Shown piece by piece: positions 8,189-17,406 of a DNA stretch of 38,744 bases (positions are counted from its first letter, which is position 1; each line of letters opens with the position of its first letter). The DNA is taken from NCBI GenBank assembly GCA_965661985.1, contig CBFIFY010000041.1, positions 1 to 38,744 on the forward strand, written 5' to 3'. Under the pieces are notes generated by a model that saw only the letters and a program-made list of their open reading frames with translations, made no database searches and was not told the origin of the DNA. Made by a program: the position numbers and the translations under genes. Origin of the DNA: an uncultured Myxococcota bacterium (lineage in GTDB: Bacteria; Myxococcota_A; UBA796).

Positions 8189-10393
8189 TCATTTTTTTAA
8201 ATTTTGATCCACTCCAATCAATACACCCGATGGTACCGGCATCATCAACAAAAAATCTTTGCTCATAGAGATGCCTTCTCCCAGTGCATTGAAGCCCAAG
8301 CAGGCTGGATATAGTTGAGCCATAGAGTCGCTGTGCAACCATTGGAGCATTCGTTTGAGTGTAGAAACAGAATCCTCTTTGTGGTAAATCTCGCTGGTGG
8401 CAGTCGAAGCTTGAAACTCTCCAAGAGTATCCAAATACGCTTCCACATGTTTGGTTTGATTGGCAATGATGATCTTGGGACGCCGAGAACGCTTAAATTT
8501 GCGTTGAATACTGGCACTCATGCCTTCTTCCAACAATCTAGGGTGCAAATATGAATGTTTGCGAAATTTTTGGTGGTGCATTCCCCAAAAATGTGTTTCC
8601 GCATCAATTCCACCAGAGGTCAGGAGTTTGAGGTTCGTTCCACTTTCTGACTCTTCTATCTTCACCTCATAAAACTCATTGGTAATCAACCCACTGGCTA
8701 CTTCAAAATCAGTCTCACGCAGGGGTATGCAGGTCGATGCATCGAATGCAGGTATGTCACGAATGGCAAACCAGAAAGTCGTCCACCAATTATTAGCCAG
8801 GTGCGCCCATTGAAACTTGTATTTTGCTTTCACCAATTTCCAATCTGTCGAAGCAGGTTGAGCTGTGTTGGCTATCCGTGTTGTGCCAACTGCAGACAAA
8901 ATGAGCAATACGATTTGTACATTGGCATCGGCAAACAATGACCCTTTGGACGGAAAGTGGATGGATCGCGCTGTCCAATTCTGACGCACCGTCTCCATCG
9001 CCGCCGCACCCAAGGTTACTTTGGGCAAGACAAAGGAAATGAGACCGGTCGGTTTGATCAAATGCGTTGACAGTTCCACAAAATAATAGGCCAAATCTGC
9101 GGCCCCTTGAACCATCGTAAACCGATGCCGATAAAAAGCCTTTTCCCACGCTGGAATGTGACTACGAATGGCATTGACAAAGGGTGGATTGCCAATCACC
9201 CAATCGAAACCACCTTGCTCAAAGATGCTTGAAAATTCTACTGTCCAATGAAAAGCCCGTTTGTCGATTGTTTTTGTGGGGACAGCAACAGTTCCTTCTA
9301 GAATCTGTTCTTGTATTTTTGTATAGGTCTCCCACAGTTTTTTTTGTTTGGATTCGGTTAAATCGGCACCATCACAATATGTTTGAAACCGATAACGCAA
9401 TACATCTGCAACGACTTGAGGTGAATACCCATCAAAGCCATTTTCATCCAGTTCTTTCGGGCTATACCCAACCAAACTGTTGCCCACTCGAAATTGCAGT
9501 TCCCAATCGTTGGTGGTCAGCGCAATATCGCCAATCTCCAACCACAACGTCACGATCGCGATTTGTACAGCTCGGGGGTGTATGTCTACGCCATGCAATA
9601 TGTGCTCGACCACGTACTGTTTGCGTTCTTGTTCAGTCAATCCACCTTGATTCAACACATTCGATGACAGCACACGAAGAGTCGCCAATAGAAAGGCCCC
9701 ACACCCCATTGCAGGATCACAGATTCTCAAATCTTGCCAATTCATTGTTGGATTGTCAAGGACATACAAATCAAAAGACTGCTGTACCAACTGAGTCGAA
9801 ACTGTCATCGGTGTAAAGTGTGTACCTGACTTTTTGCGTTGATTGATAGTGACAAATCGATTGCCTTCCAGTCGACGTTGCAACAAATGCTCATGAATGG
9901 CGCCCAAGGTCTCTAAGGGCAATCGAGTAAAATCAATGGCGTCCCCTTGAAAAAACAGTGTGGCATTCACCAAATTACACAACGCCTCATGAAGTGCGCT
10001 ATTCTGGCGATCACAACCAAGAGTATCCAGTGGAGTCTGCACCCAAAAGTCGTGAGGATGTGCACCCACTTCTTCTGAACCCATGTACAAAAGTTGGGAA
10101 ACCTGTCGTATTAGATGACACAACGTAGGAACACTGTCTGGCGTGATGTCTCTCTTGGAGGATAGGACTGAAGTATCAACATGCCCCTGCAACATTTGAT
10201 TGTGATGGAGCAATTGCAGAACAAAGCACCGAAACAGCCATGTTATCGACATCTCAAGTGTCTTTGGTTGATGCTCTGAAGAGAGAATGGGATACAGGTC
10301 TTCAACGACTGGTGCTGTGTGCTCAACGACGTGCTGAGCGTATTGAGAAATCCAGCGTGTACTGTACAGTGGGTATTTTTTTCGTCGTCTCAT
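8189..10393 (-). CDS. Gamma-class N6-adenine DNA methyltransferase (Eco57I/MmeI/PglX-like). It has a ~200-aa N-terminal helical extension and a ~320-aa C-terminal putative target-recognition region. No nuclease domain recognised
   Basis: Motif X GTHFTP, motif I DPAMGCGAFL and motif IV FDWVIGNPPF occur in gamma order. No hsdS/hsdR or REase gene within several kb. Confidence 0.8.
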   Translation of the reverse strand: MRRRKKYPLYSTRWISQYAQHVVEHTAPVVEDLYPILSSEHQPKTLEMSITWLFRCFVLQLLHHNQMLQGHVDTSVLSSKRDITPDSVPTLCHLIRQVSQLLYMGSEEVGAHPHDFWVQTPLDTLGCDRQNSALHEALCNLVNATLFFQGDAIDFTRLPLETLGAIHEHLLQRRLEGNRFVTINQRKKSGTHFTPMTVSTQLVQQSFDLYVLDNPTMNWQDLRICDPAMGCGAFLLATLRVLSSNVLNQGGLTEQERKQYVVEHILHGVDIHPRAVQIAIVTLWLEIGDIALTTNDWELQFRVGNSLVGYSPKELDENGFDGYSPQVVADVLRYRFQTYCDGADLTESKQKKLWETYTKIQEQILEGTVAVPTKTIDKRAFHWTVEFSSIFEQGGFDWVIGNPPFVNAIRSHIPAWEKAFYRHRFTMVQGAADLAYYFVELSTHLIKPTGLISFVLPKVTLGAAAMETVRQNWTARSIHFPSKGSLFADANVQIVLLILSAVGTTRIANTAQPASTDWKLVKAKYKFQWAHLANNWWTTFWFAIRDIPAFDASTCIPLRETDFEVASGLITNEFYEVKIEESESGTNLKLLTSGGIDAETHFWGMHHQKFRKHSYLHPRLLEEGMSASIQRKFKRSRRPKIIIANQTKHVEAYLDTLGEFQASTATSEIYHKEDSVSTLKRMLQWLHSDSMAQLYPACLGFNALGEGISMSKDFLLMMPVPSGVLIGVDQNLKK

Positions 10394-10457
10394 TCACATC
10401 CATGCTATGGACATTTAGTATCGAACCACACTGTGGAATACAAATGATGGGTGCAAC

Positions 10458-11054
10458 TTATTGCAACTGTTTTGCCCAAAACTCACCAGCTTCCACCGCT
10501 TCTTGAACCACAACAGAATACTCACCAGACTTTGCCTTGTCCATAAAACCTTCCATGGCTGTGCTGTCGTTTGTCAACAGTCCTTCCGTGATAGAACTGA
10601 TCGCTGAACTGGTACCGTCATACAAACTCGCCAATTGAAACTCCTTTGGCAAAAATGAATCAATCGCCCCAACAGCAGGATTGGCTCCAATCATTAGAGA
10701 CCCAGAAGCATCAAGCAACGCATCCAAACTTTTTCCGGCTATGGTTTGATTTGGAGAGTCCTGATACGATTGAACCCCCGCCATCACCGCAGAAGCACCA
10801 GCCATTGCACCGTTCAAATCTTTTTGTGGAACGATGTCACCAAGTGCATTGTTGCTCAAATCATCGTACTCTGTCAACATCATGCCACCCCAATTCAAAG
10901 CACTGGAAACGACATCTTCTGGTTGAACCTGCTTAAGTTGATCAAGACGAGCCTGATTTCCAATAGAATCCAACACAGGTGATGTAGTCTTTGAAGAGTT
11001 TTGTTGAGAGGTGGTTGAACTGGTTGATGATGAACGAACTGAATATTGTGACAT
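10458..11054 (-). CDS. Hypothetical Ser/Thr-rich low-complexity protein (~198 aa)
   Basis: ATG at 11054 has a strong SD GGAGG at -7. The longer ORF to 11126 lacks an RBS. N-terminal S/T-rich tract, no recognisable domain. Confidence 0.5.
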   Translation of the reverse strand: MSQYSVRSSSTSSTTSQQNSSKTTSPVLDSIGNQARLDQLKQVQPEDVVSSALNWGGMMLTEYDDLSNNALGDIVPQKDLNGAMAGASAVMAGVQSYQDSPNQTIAGKSLDALLDASGSLMIGANPAVGAIDSFLPKEFQLASLYDGTSSAISSITEGLLTNDSTAMEGFMDKAKSGEYSVVVQEAVEAGEFWAKQLQ

Positions 11055-11174
11055 TTTGCCTCCAAATGGTGTGATACCAACTGAGAAGCAAGAAGTGTGC
11101 CAATCCAAATTAGAATGGTTAAACATCCAATTTTAGGGCTGTATCGACACATTTAAAATTTAGACAGCAAAAAA

Positions 11175-11216
11175 TTGACGAAGTATTCGTTAAATTAATG
11201 ACGAAATTCGTTAATT
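11175..11216. promoter_or_regulatory. Two adjacent imperfect palindromes (TTGACGAAgtaTTCGTTAA and TGACGAAaTTCGTTAA) in an AT-rich 252-bp divergent intergenic region. Candidate operator pair
   Basis: Read directly. ACGAA/TTCGT arms are repeated twice about 22 bp apart, between the divergent genes at 11054(-) and 11379(+). Confidence 0.35.
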
Positions 11217-11378
11217 TTGGTCAATTCAAACCGTACAATTGAGTATACCAAAAATAAATACAATAATTTCAAATACTTATATCAAACAAGTAACAAAGCA
11301 ATCCTTCCTTGAAATCCGATTTCTGATAAGTCATCAATTGGGTTATGATGATGACAGCTCTATGAAACAGGAGAACTT

Positions 11379-12524
11379 ATGTTGTTGAACATTTCCTTAC
11401 TCAGTACACTCGGCTGTTTGTCCCCAGACAAGGATGACCAAAGTCCAACCGACACAGTAAACGATACTGGATTGGAACTGGATACGGGTGACACAGCTTC
11501 AGAAACAGATACCGACACTCAAGATACCGACACTCAAGATACCGATACCCAAGATACCAATCCCGATACTGGCACACAAGATACCGGTCCCATTCAAGAG
11601 GACGGACCCGTCTTGTTCTTTGAAGACGAGTTTCAAGTTGGCGGTACCAATATGTGGTCCAACCTATGGCCCACCAACGACGGCTTTTATTTCTCCACGA
11701 TGCAAAATGAACAAGTCGCCTTTCGAGAATTCAACCTTGACTTCCAGCCCACGTCAGACCTAAAAATGGTTACTGAACTGGGAGACTTTCCGCCCGGGGT
11801 CGTCATGTCCGACCATGAGTTCCTTCGATTGAACAATGCCTTGTACTTTGTGGCGAGTGGATTTGGAGATGAAGACCTGATCATCATCAAAACCGATTTG
11901 AATGGAACCCGTTTGGGCAACTACACCATTCAAGAAGGATTGCCCATCGCCTGCAACGATCCACATCTCCTATTGGTTGATGAAAACATCTGTGTGCGTT
12001 GGGGCACTTCTGGACCAGACAAATCCATTCAATGCTTTGATGAAGGATTGACACCTTTGGGGTCCAGTTTTGGCATCACATTACCGGAGCCAATCCCACA
12101 ACTCGGATATTCAATGCAGGTCGGCACTGAGATTTGGTCCTTTACGGGAGATGCCCCTCAAAGAGATCTCATCATTTCACGGTATGACTTGGACTGGAAT
12201 CCGTTGACACCATTTAGCAATATCATTTTGGAGAGCGAAAACGATGACTGGAACTGGTTTCCTGGCGGCGTGGTCCACCATGAAGAGCTGGGACTTTGGT
12301 TCGTCACATATACCTACATGGAAGATGGCCAAGAAGCCAATTTTGACTCCATCGTCAAACTGGCGGCATTCGATGAAAACTTTACACTGCTCGACAACAA
12401 AACATTGAGTGGCAACGGTTACACCCGACCAAACTTGGCACTGATTGGCGATCAATTGGTTGTATCCTATGACAATGGCAACCTCGTATGGCTGGAACGA
12501 TGGAGTATTCAAGCACCACAATAG
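11379..12524 (+). CDS. Hypothetical lipoprotein with an N-terminal (TDTQD)n acidic low-complexity tract
   Basis: Lipobox LSTLGC. SD AGGAGA. A 15-bp DNA tandem repeat x4 at 11508-11567 encodes DTDTQ repeats. The remainder is beta-rich with no assignable domain. Confidence 0.6.
   Translation: MLLNISLLSTLGCLSPDKDDQSPTDTVNDTGLELDTGDTASETDTDTQDTDTQDTDTQDTNPDTGTQDTGPIQEDGPVLFFEDEFQVGGTNMWSNLWPTNDGFYFSTMQNEQVAFREFNLDFQPTSDLKMVTELGDFPPGVVMSDHEFLRLNNALYFVASGFGDEDLIIIKTDLNGTRLGNYTIQEGLPIACNDPHLLLVDENICVRWGTSGPDKSIQCFDEGLTPLGSSFGITLPEPIPQLGYSMQVGTEIWSFTGDAPQRDLIISRYDLDWNPLTPFSNIILESENDDWNWFPGGVVHHEELGLWFVTYTYMEDGQEANFDSIVKLAAFDENFTLLDNKTLSGNGYTRPNLALIGDQLVVSYDNGNLVWLERWSIQAPQ
11508..11567 (+). repeat. 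15-bp coding tandem repeat x4 (gataccgacactcaa...)
   Basis: Read directly. Encodes the TDTQD repeats of the lipoprotein. Confidence 0.8.
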
Positions 12525-12610
12525 GGCGCTGACATTATCAACAATCCATTCAGGCATATGGGTCCATATCAGTCTCTTTGAGCCCCTTTCCATTTGAGAC
12601 TCACAAAAAC

Positions 12611-12639
12611 GAAAAGGTGGACCATTGTCCACCTTTTTG
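12611..12639. terminator. Bidirectional rho-independent terminator between convergent genes (AAAA-GGTGGAC-CATT-GTCCACC-TTTTT)
   Basis: Perfect 7-bp GC-rich stem with a 4-nt loop, flanked by an A-run and a T-run. Confidence 0.8.
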
Positions 12640-12659
12640 CCAAATCGCTCAACAGATGA

Positions 12660-14033
12660 TTATGGAATGGGTGGGGGACCACCAGCTGGAGAGCCAGGCA
12701 TCGGTGGAGGTCCTGAATTCAAGTGCGCTTTGATTGCATCGACTTCTTTGGCGTCGGTCCAGCCACTCATACCCGTTTTCCAAACCAAATGCTTCGCGCC
12801 TGGATTTGCTTGAACCGCTTGAGCGATCACATTGGATGGAACTTCACCACGGTTTTGACCGTCTTCATTGAAATGGAACATCTCAACACTCGCAGCCCCT
12901 GGCATTGGAGGAGGCGCCGCTGCAGGAGGAGGTACGAGGTTTGCAATCTCGGGTACTTGTTGCCAACTTTGCCAATTTGGCCAGCCCTGAGCCCACACGT
13001 TGTGCGCACCGTTTCGGTTGGATGCGACATGCTGAGCGATTTGTTGGGCAGAGAATTGTCCCTGTCCAGCCGCACCGTTGTAGTGATAAGTTGTCGCCAT
13101 TGGTGGTGAAGGTGGCGCAGAATGTGGTGCAGAATGTGAAGGAGCCACCGGTGCAGATTGAGCGCCCATTTGTTGCCCCATCATGCCACCAAACATTTGA
13201 CCCATTGCCAATCCCATTCCAGCATCCATCATTTGATTGCTCGACCCTTCTCTTGCAACAGCCGAGTCCATCATGTCCATCTGGCGCATTTCTCGATATC
13301 GGTCAAAACGAGAATCAAAGACGTCAATATCTTCGACGCGACGGATTCTCTTTTCGTCTTCGGGGTCAACATTGACGTTCAAAATGGTAAATCCAGTGAG
13401 TTGAATACCATAGTCCGCCAACAATTCTCCCCCTAGCCTTTCAACCAGTGCCGCACGGATTTCTTCGGTTTGCATGTCCAACTCTTCATAGCTGACACCA
13501 CCGGCCTTGGCGAGAATGCGAAACTTATCAAACAATCGTCGTTTGATGTCCCCATTGATTTCATCCGCCGAAAACAAACCGTTGTTTCCAACCACTTCGC
13601 GAATAAACTTAACTGTATCAACAATGCGGAATGAATAGGTTCCAAACGCCCGCAATTTGATCAAACCAAACTTTTTGTCCCGCAATGGAAACGGTCCCGG
13701 GGAACCCCATTTCTGGTCTCGCTGAACTCGTGTATTCAAAAAGAACACATCTCCCTTGTAAGGGTTGTTGAATCCATACTTAATTCCCTGAAAGAAACTC
13801 ATGATGGCGGGTGTTCGCGTACTCAGTTCATACGTTCCCGGTCCAAAAGCATCTGACATTGTGCCTTCTTTCTGGAAAATGGCTGACTGCCCTTCGCGCA
13901 CCACCAACTTTCCACCATCTTGGATGACTTGATCGGTCACTGGTGGACGATAGACCAAAGTATCGTTGCCATCTTCTTCCCACTGAATAACATCGAGAAA
14001 GACGTGTCCTTTTAAACTGTTCCAAAATCCCAT
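12660..14033 (-). CDS. SPFH/band-7 domain protein of the YdjI/COG4260 type, with a Pro/Met/Gln-rich linker and two C-terminal DUF4339/GYF-like repeats
   Basis: N-terminus MGFWNSLKG plus a COG4260-like SPFH core. The C-terminal low-complexity region carries two ~35-aa repeats (HYNGAAGQGQFSAQQIAQHV... / HFNEDGQNRGEVPSNVIAQAV...). ATG 14033 has SD GGGGGA. The ORF-track GTG 14060 start was rejected. Confidence 0.65.
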   Translation of the reverse strand: MGFWNSLKGHVFLDVIQWEEDGNDTLVYRPPVTDQVIQDGGKLVVREGQSAIFQKEGTMSDAFGPGTYELSTRTPAIMSFFQGIKYGFNNPYKGDVFFLNTRVQRDQKWGSPGPFPLRDKKFGLIKLRAFGTYSFRIVDTVKFIREVVGNNGLFSADEINGDIKRRLFDKFRILAKAGGVSYEELDMQTEEIRAALVERLGGELLADYGIQLTGFTILNVNVDPEDEKRIRRVEDIDVFDSRFDRYREMRQMDMMDSAVAREGSSNQMMDAGMGLAMGQMFGGMMGQQMGAQSAPVAPSHSAPHSAPPSPPMATTYHYNGAAGQGQFSAQQIAQHVASNRNGAHNVWAQGWPNWQSWQQVPEIANLVPPPAAAPPPMPGAASVEMFHFNEDGQNRGEVPSNVIAQAVQANPGAKHLVWKTGMSGWTDAKEVDAIKAHLNSGPPPMPGSPAGGPPPIP

Positions 14034-14148
14034 TGGATCCCCCAAATCAAAATTGTACACCTTCTACATAACACATTTTGTGTTGTTCTGACACACGAAG
14101 ATACTGAGCAAATTCAGACAAACGCTGTCTGAATTCCAGCCGTTGGAC

Positions 14149-14937
14149 TTATGCCAATAACGTCACTTGATCGAAACGATGGGTCACTTGTGTTGCAAAA
14201 ATCTGGACCAAACGTTCTTGGGCAATAATGTCATCGGCCAATGGCGTCAACAAAGCACAGGGCAACCCCGCTTGACGACGGTAATCCCCCACCAAGTCCG
14301 TTAGCAAAATGTGTTCCGCCTGCAAACGAGCAAACCGAGTGGCACAATGCTTGTGCTCTTCAAAATCCGCACCAACGATTACCCAGGTTGCCTCTTTGGA
14401 GCGTTCAATCCAATGGTTTTCAACATCGGATGCTTGTTTTCGATGAAAAATACACTGTAAATGCAACAGTTCACGTCCCGATGGAAATCGCACAACCACC
14501 ACCTGTGGAGCAAAATGTGGGATTTCTTGATGCGCACGAACTCTAGAGATTGTCCTCCAAGGTCTTTTGACTGTCTCCCACCCTTTGTACAAAGCCTCTT
14601 TGGGCGTCAATGGGTCAATCGGGCGATACCCTTCCAATGTGATGCCAAGACCATCCACATGCAACGTTTGATGGAGTTGCTCGCTGGGCCAGCCCAAAGT
14701 ACTCAACCATTGTCTGCATGCTTGTGGTGCCACCACTGTACAGTATCTGCGAATTTTTGCCATTCGCTTCACACCGCGCAATGCTTCAGGCCAAGCAGAG
14801 GACAAAACAATCGTCGACGTCTCATCTACGCAGTCATACGGATTGAAGTGAATATTGCCACCAACCCAATCCGCCTCTATGTGAGAAAATCCACAGTGCT
14901 CCAAACGCAATTGCCAAGGATGGGAATGATGAGACAT
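14149..14937 (-). CDS. MBL-fold (Lactamase_B_3/UPF0173-like) protein with degenerate metal-binding motifs
   Basis: LRLEHCGFSHIEADWVGGNIHFNPYD aligns to UPF0173 ITYLGHSxFLIE.DGKRILIDPF. The expected THxHxDH position reads SSAWPEA, so the ligands are lost. Confidence 0.45.
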   Translation of the reverse strand: MSHHSHPWQLRLEHCGFSHIEADWVGGNIHFNPYDCVDETSTIVLSSAWPEALRGVKRMAKIRRYCTVVAPQACRQWLSTLGWPSEQLHQTLHVDGLGITLEGYRPIDPLTPKEALYKGWETVKRPWRTISRVRAHQEIPHFAPQVVVVRFPSGRELLHLQCIFHRKQASDVENHWIERSKEATWVIVGADFEEHKHCATRFARLQAEHILLTDLVGDYRRQAGLPCALLTPLADDIIAQERLVQIFATQVTHRFDQVTLLA

Positions 14938-14954
14938 AAAACCTACTTCTGTTC

Positions 14955-14994
14955 AGACAATGAGACAATGAGACAATAATAAAACGAGACGATG
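14955..14994. repeat. Tandem 8-mers (cagacaat gagacaat gagacaat ... gagacgat) in the promoter region of the MBL-like gene
   Basis: Read directly, immediately upstream (minus strand) of ATG 14937. Confidence 0.7.
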
Positions 14995-15094
14995 AAATGG
15001 TCAGCGCATGAGCAAAATCAGATTGATAGCCCATCAAAACTGGTTCAATAGTGTAATGCCGTAACCCATATTCCGCAAAATCGTATCGCTGTTC

Positions 15095-15949
15095 TTACAG
15101 TCTGGTCCTATCGCTTGGCAGTCGACCTTTCTCTTCACGCCACTCACGGAAGTTCGGTGGCAACCTACCCAAACTGGCTTCACCTTTTGCTTCAAGATGA
15201 CGCTTCATACTTTGCATGATGTGTCCCAAAGAGCGATAAGACACAAGTCGAACAGCCGTTTCAATATTGAACCACTCAACGTTTGCAATCCCTTCTTCTG
15301 TCGCAACATTAAATTCAGTAATTTTACGATCTGCCTTAAACAGATAGACATGAATGCTTTTGAGCAGAGGACAATTTGCGTTCACCTGAATCGAGAACTG
15401 CGCTTTCCCGAGAAAATAGGGCTCTGTCAAATCAAAGGAACACCCCATCTCTTCGCCAATTTCACGTTTAGCAGCCTGCACTGGTGTTTCGCCAAGTTCC
15501 AACTTTCCCTTTGCAACTTCCCAAGAGTTAAAGTGGGTTCGACGCATCTGAATCAGGGCTACCTTGTATTCTCCGTCCTCGATGACGTACGGAATGCCAC
15601 CAGCCGAAATCTGCTCACCATACTCTGGATGTGCATTCAAGATAGCCTCCATGGGAACAGCATCAATCTCCCAGAGGTTCCGCTTGTTCTTACGAGGATA
15701 CACATTGTGTCTCTTGGCAATGCCAACGTCAATCACTGCCACATGCGGGTATTCACAAGTACGGTGGGCAACTTGCCAGGCGTAGCCATAAATCTTCGAC
15801 GCAAAAATGCTTCTGTTGTTCGGGTAGGCAAACTGCTCCTTTTGAATCAGTTTCAAAAAAGTTCGCTTGTCCATAGAATGAAACAACAATTCCGGTGGGC
15901 GTTCTACATACGATCGGCGATGCGACGATTGGTCCTTTGATCTGTTCAC
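15095..15949 (-). CDS. Nudix hydrolase with a ~130-aa N-terminal domain of unknown function
   Basis: Canonical Nudix box GKLELGETPVQAAKREIGEEMG. GTG 15949 has a strong SD AGGGGAG. The internal ATG 15874 lacks an SD. N-terminal domain not recognised. Confidence 0.65.
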   Translation of the reverse strand: MNRSKDQSSHRRSYVERPPELLFHSMDKRTFLKLIQKEQFAYPNNRSIFASKIYGYAWQVAHRTCEYPHVAVIDVGIAKRHNVYPRKNKRNLWEIDAVPMEAILNAHPEYGEQISAGGIPYVIEDGEYKVALIQMRRTHFNSWEVAKGKLELGETPVQAAKREIGEEMGCSFDLTEPYFLGKAQFSIQVNANCPLLKSIHVYLFKADRKITEFNVATEEGIANVEWFNIETAVRLVSYRSLGHIMQSMKRHLEAKGEASLGRLPPNFREWREEKGRLPSDRTRL

Positions 15950-16003
15950 AGTGAACTCCCCTAAAACGCTTCTCTGTCTCTGTCTAATGACAAGGAAACG
16001 GTG

Positions 16004-17347
16004 TTACTGTACGATTTCACCACGTAGAGCAGATGTAAAGGACTGATAGATGTTGATGGGAATGGTTTGCCCCACCAAGTCTGGCGTCCCCGAAAAGTGA
16101 ACACCTTTGAAAGTAGACGTTCTACCAAACAGAAGATTGGGCTCGCGTGGAGAAGCACCTTCCACCAACACGTCAAAGGTTTGACCAATCGTCTTTTTGT
16201 TGGCCTCAATGGAAATCTGTCTCTGCAAACGCTGTAACTCACTCAAACGGGCTGAAGCCACTTCAGGTGTTACAGGATCTCGCTCGACAAGTTTCAATGC
16301 AGGTGTTCCTGGGCGTGGAGAGTACTTGAAAGAGAAGGAAGAATGAAATCCAACTTCTTGAAGCAAACTCAAAGTTTGCTGAAAGTCTTCATCGGTTTCA
16401 CCAGGAAATCCAACAATGAAATCCGTGGACAGAACCATATCGGGACGTGCATTGAGCAACTGCTCCACCACCCAAAGGTATCTTTCGCGAGTATAAAAGC
16501 GTTTCATTCGGCGAAGAACCCTGGACGACCCCGACTGAACCGGCAAGTGCAACTGACTGGTCAACTGTGGTAAGTCTCTGTACGCTTGAAAAACATCTTC
16601 TCCCATATCTCTAGGGTGAGAGGTGGTGTATCGGATTCTCTCAACGCCGGGCACTTCTGCGACCGCATACAAAAGTTGTGCAAAGGTCTTTTCACCGGGC
16701 ACTTTGAGACCGTAGGAATTTACATTCTGTCCAATTAGGGTAATTTCCTTTACACCCTTGGCGACCAAATCTCGAACTTCCTGTACAATTTGCTTGGATG
16801 AGCGAGACACTTCTTGGCCTCTGGTGGTTGGTACGATGCAAAAGGTACACTTGTTGTCACACCCTTTCTGGATGGTCACAAACGCACCCACTTGACGTTC
16901 AGCATCTGGATCGATCTCAGCCGCAAAAACGTAATCTGCCGATGTCAAAAAGTCTGTGTCCAACACCTGCTGAGCTTTACTTACCTTGACCAACTGCTGA
17001 ACGTTTGGCACGGCATCTGGTCCAAAAACCAAATCCACATCTTTGTACCTATCCAAGAGCGTTCGGCCTTCTTGTTGTGCGACACAACCGGAAATGGCAA
17101 TCTGTAAGTTTTTGTTTTGTTCCCGTTTAACCTTTCTCGCTTCTCCCAAGAAAGAATGCAACTTCAGTTCAGGCTTCTCCCGAATTGAACAGGTATTTAC
17201 AATGACCAAATCCGCTGACTCCATATCTTCAGTCGCTTCATACCCATCCTTCGCCAGCAACGCCTTCATCTTTCCAGTATCATACACATTCATCTGGCAA
17301 CCGAATGTTCGGATGTATACTTTTTTGCCATCGGTTTCTTTTGACAT
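16004..17347 (-). CDS. miaB: tRNA methylthiotransferase (radical SAM MTTase)
   Basis: KKVYIRTFGCQMNVYDTG N-terminal MTTase domain. Radical SAM region and C-terminal TRAM present. ATG at 17347 (MSKETDG). Confidence 0.85.
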   Translation of the reverse strand: MSKETDGKKVYIRTFGCQMNVYDTGKMKALLAKDGYEATEDMESADLVIVNTCSIREKPELKLHSFLGEARKVKREQNKNLQIAISGCVAQQEGRTLLDRYKDVDLVFGPDAVPNVQQLVKVSKAQQVLDTDFLTSADYVFAAEIDPDAERQVGAFVTIQKGCDNKCTFCIVPTTRGQEVSRSSKQIVQEVRDLVAKGVKEITLIGQNVNSYGLKVPGEKTFAQLLYAVAEVPGVERIRYTTSHPRDMGEDVFQAYRDLPQLTSQLHLPVQSGSSRVLRRMKRFYTRERYLWVVEQLLNARPDMVLSTDFIVGFPGETDEDFQQTLSLLQEVGFHSSFSFKYSPRPGTPALKLVERDPVTPEVASARLSELQRLQRQISIEANKKTIGQTFDVLVEGASPREPNLLFGRTSTFKGVHFSGTPDLVGQTIPINIYQSFTSALRGEIVQ

Positions 17348-17406
17348 AGTCACTCTCACGCACGAATTATTCGTTCAATTTACCCTATACATCGGAAAAA
17401 TACAAA

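Noticed and set aside
9184-9816. 210-aa plus-strand ORF inside the methyltransferase gene
   Set aside because: Antisense to a gene with clear MTase motifs. No start-site signals, no domain.
11508-11567. Possible CRISPR-like repeats (15-bp x4 here, 18-bp x6 at 28945-29060, 8-mers at 14955-14994)
   Set aside because: These are contiguous tandem repeats without unique spacers. Two are in-frame coding repeats. There is no cas gene. Not CRISPR.
14149-14937. HEPN-like Rx4H (RLQAEH) in the MBL-like protein as a hint of a toxin/defence nuclease
   Set aside because: A single short motif in an otherwise MBL-fold-like protein. It is expected by chance and there is no supporting context.
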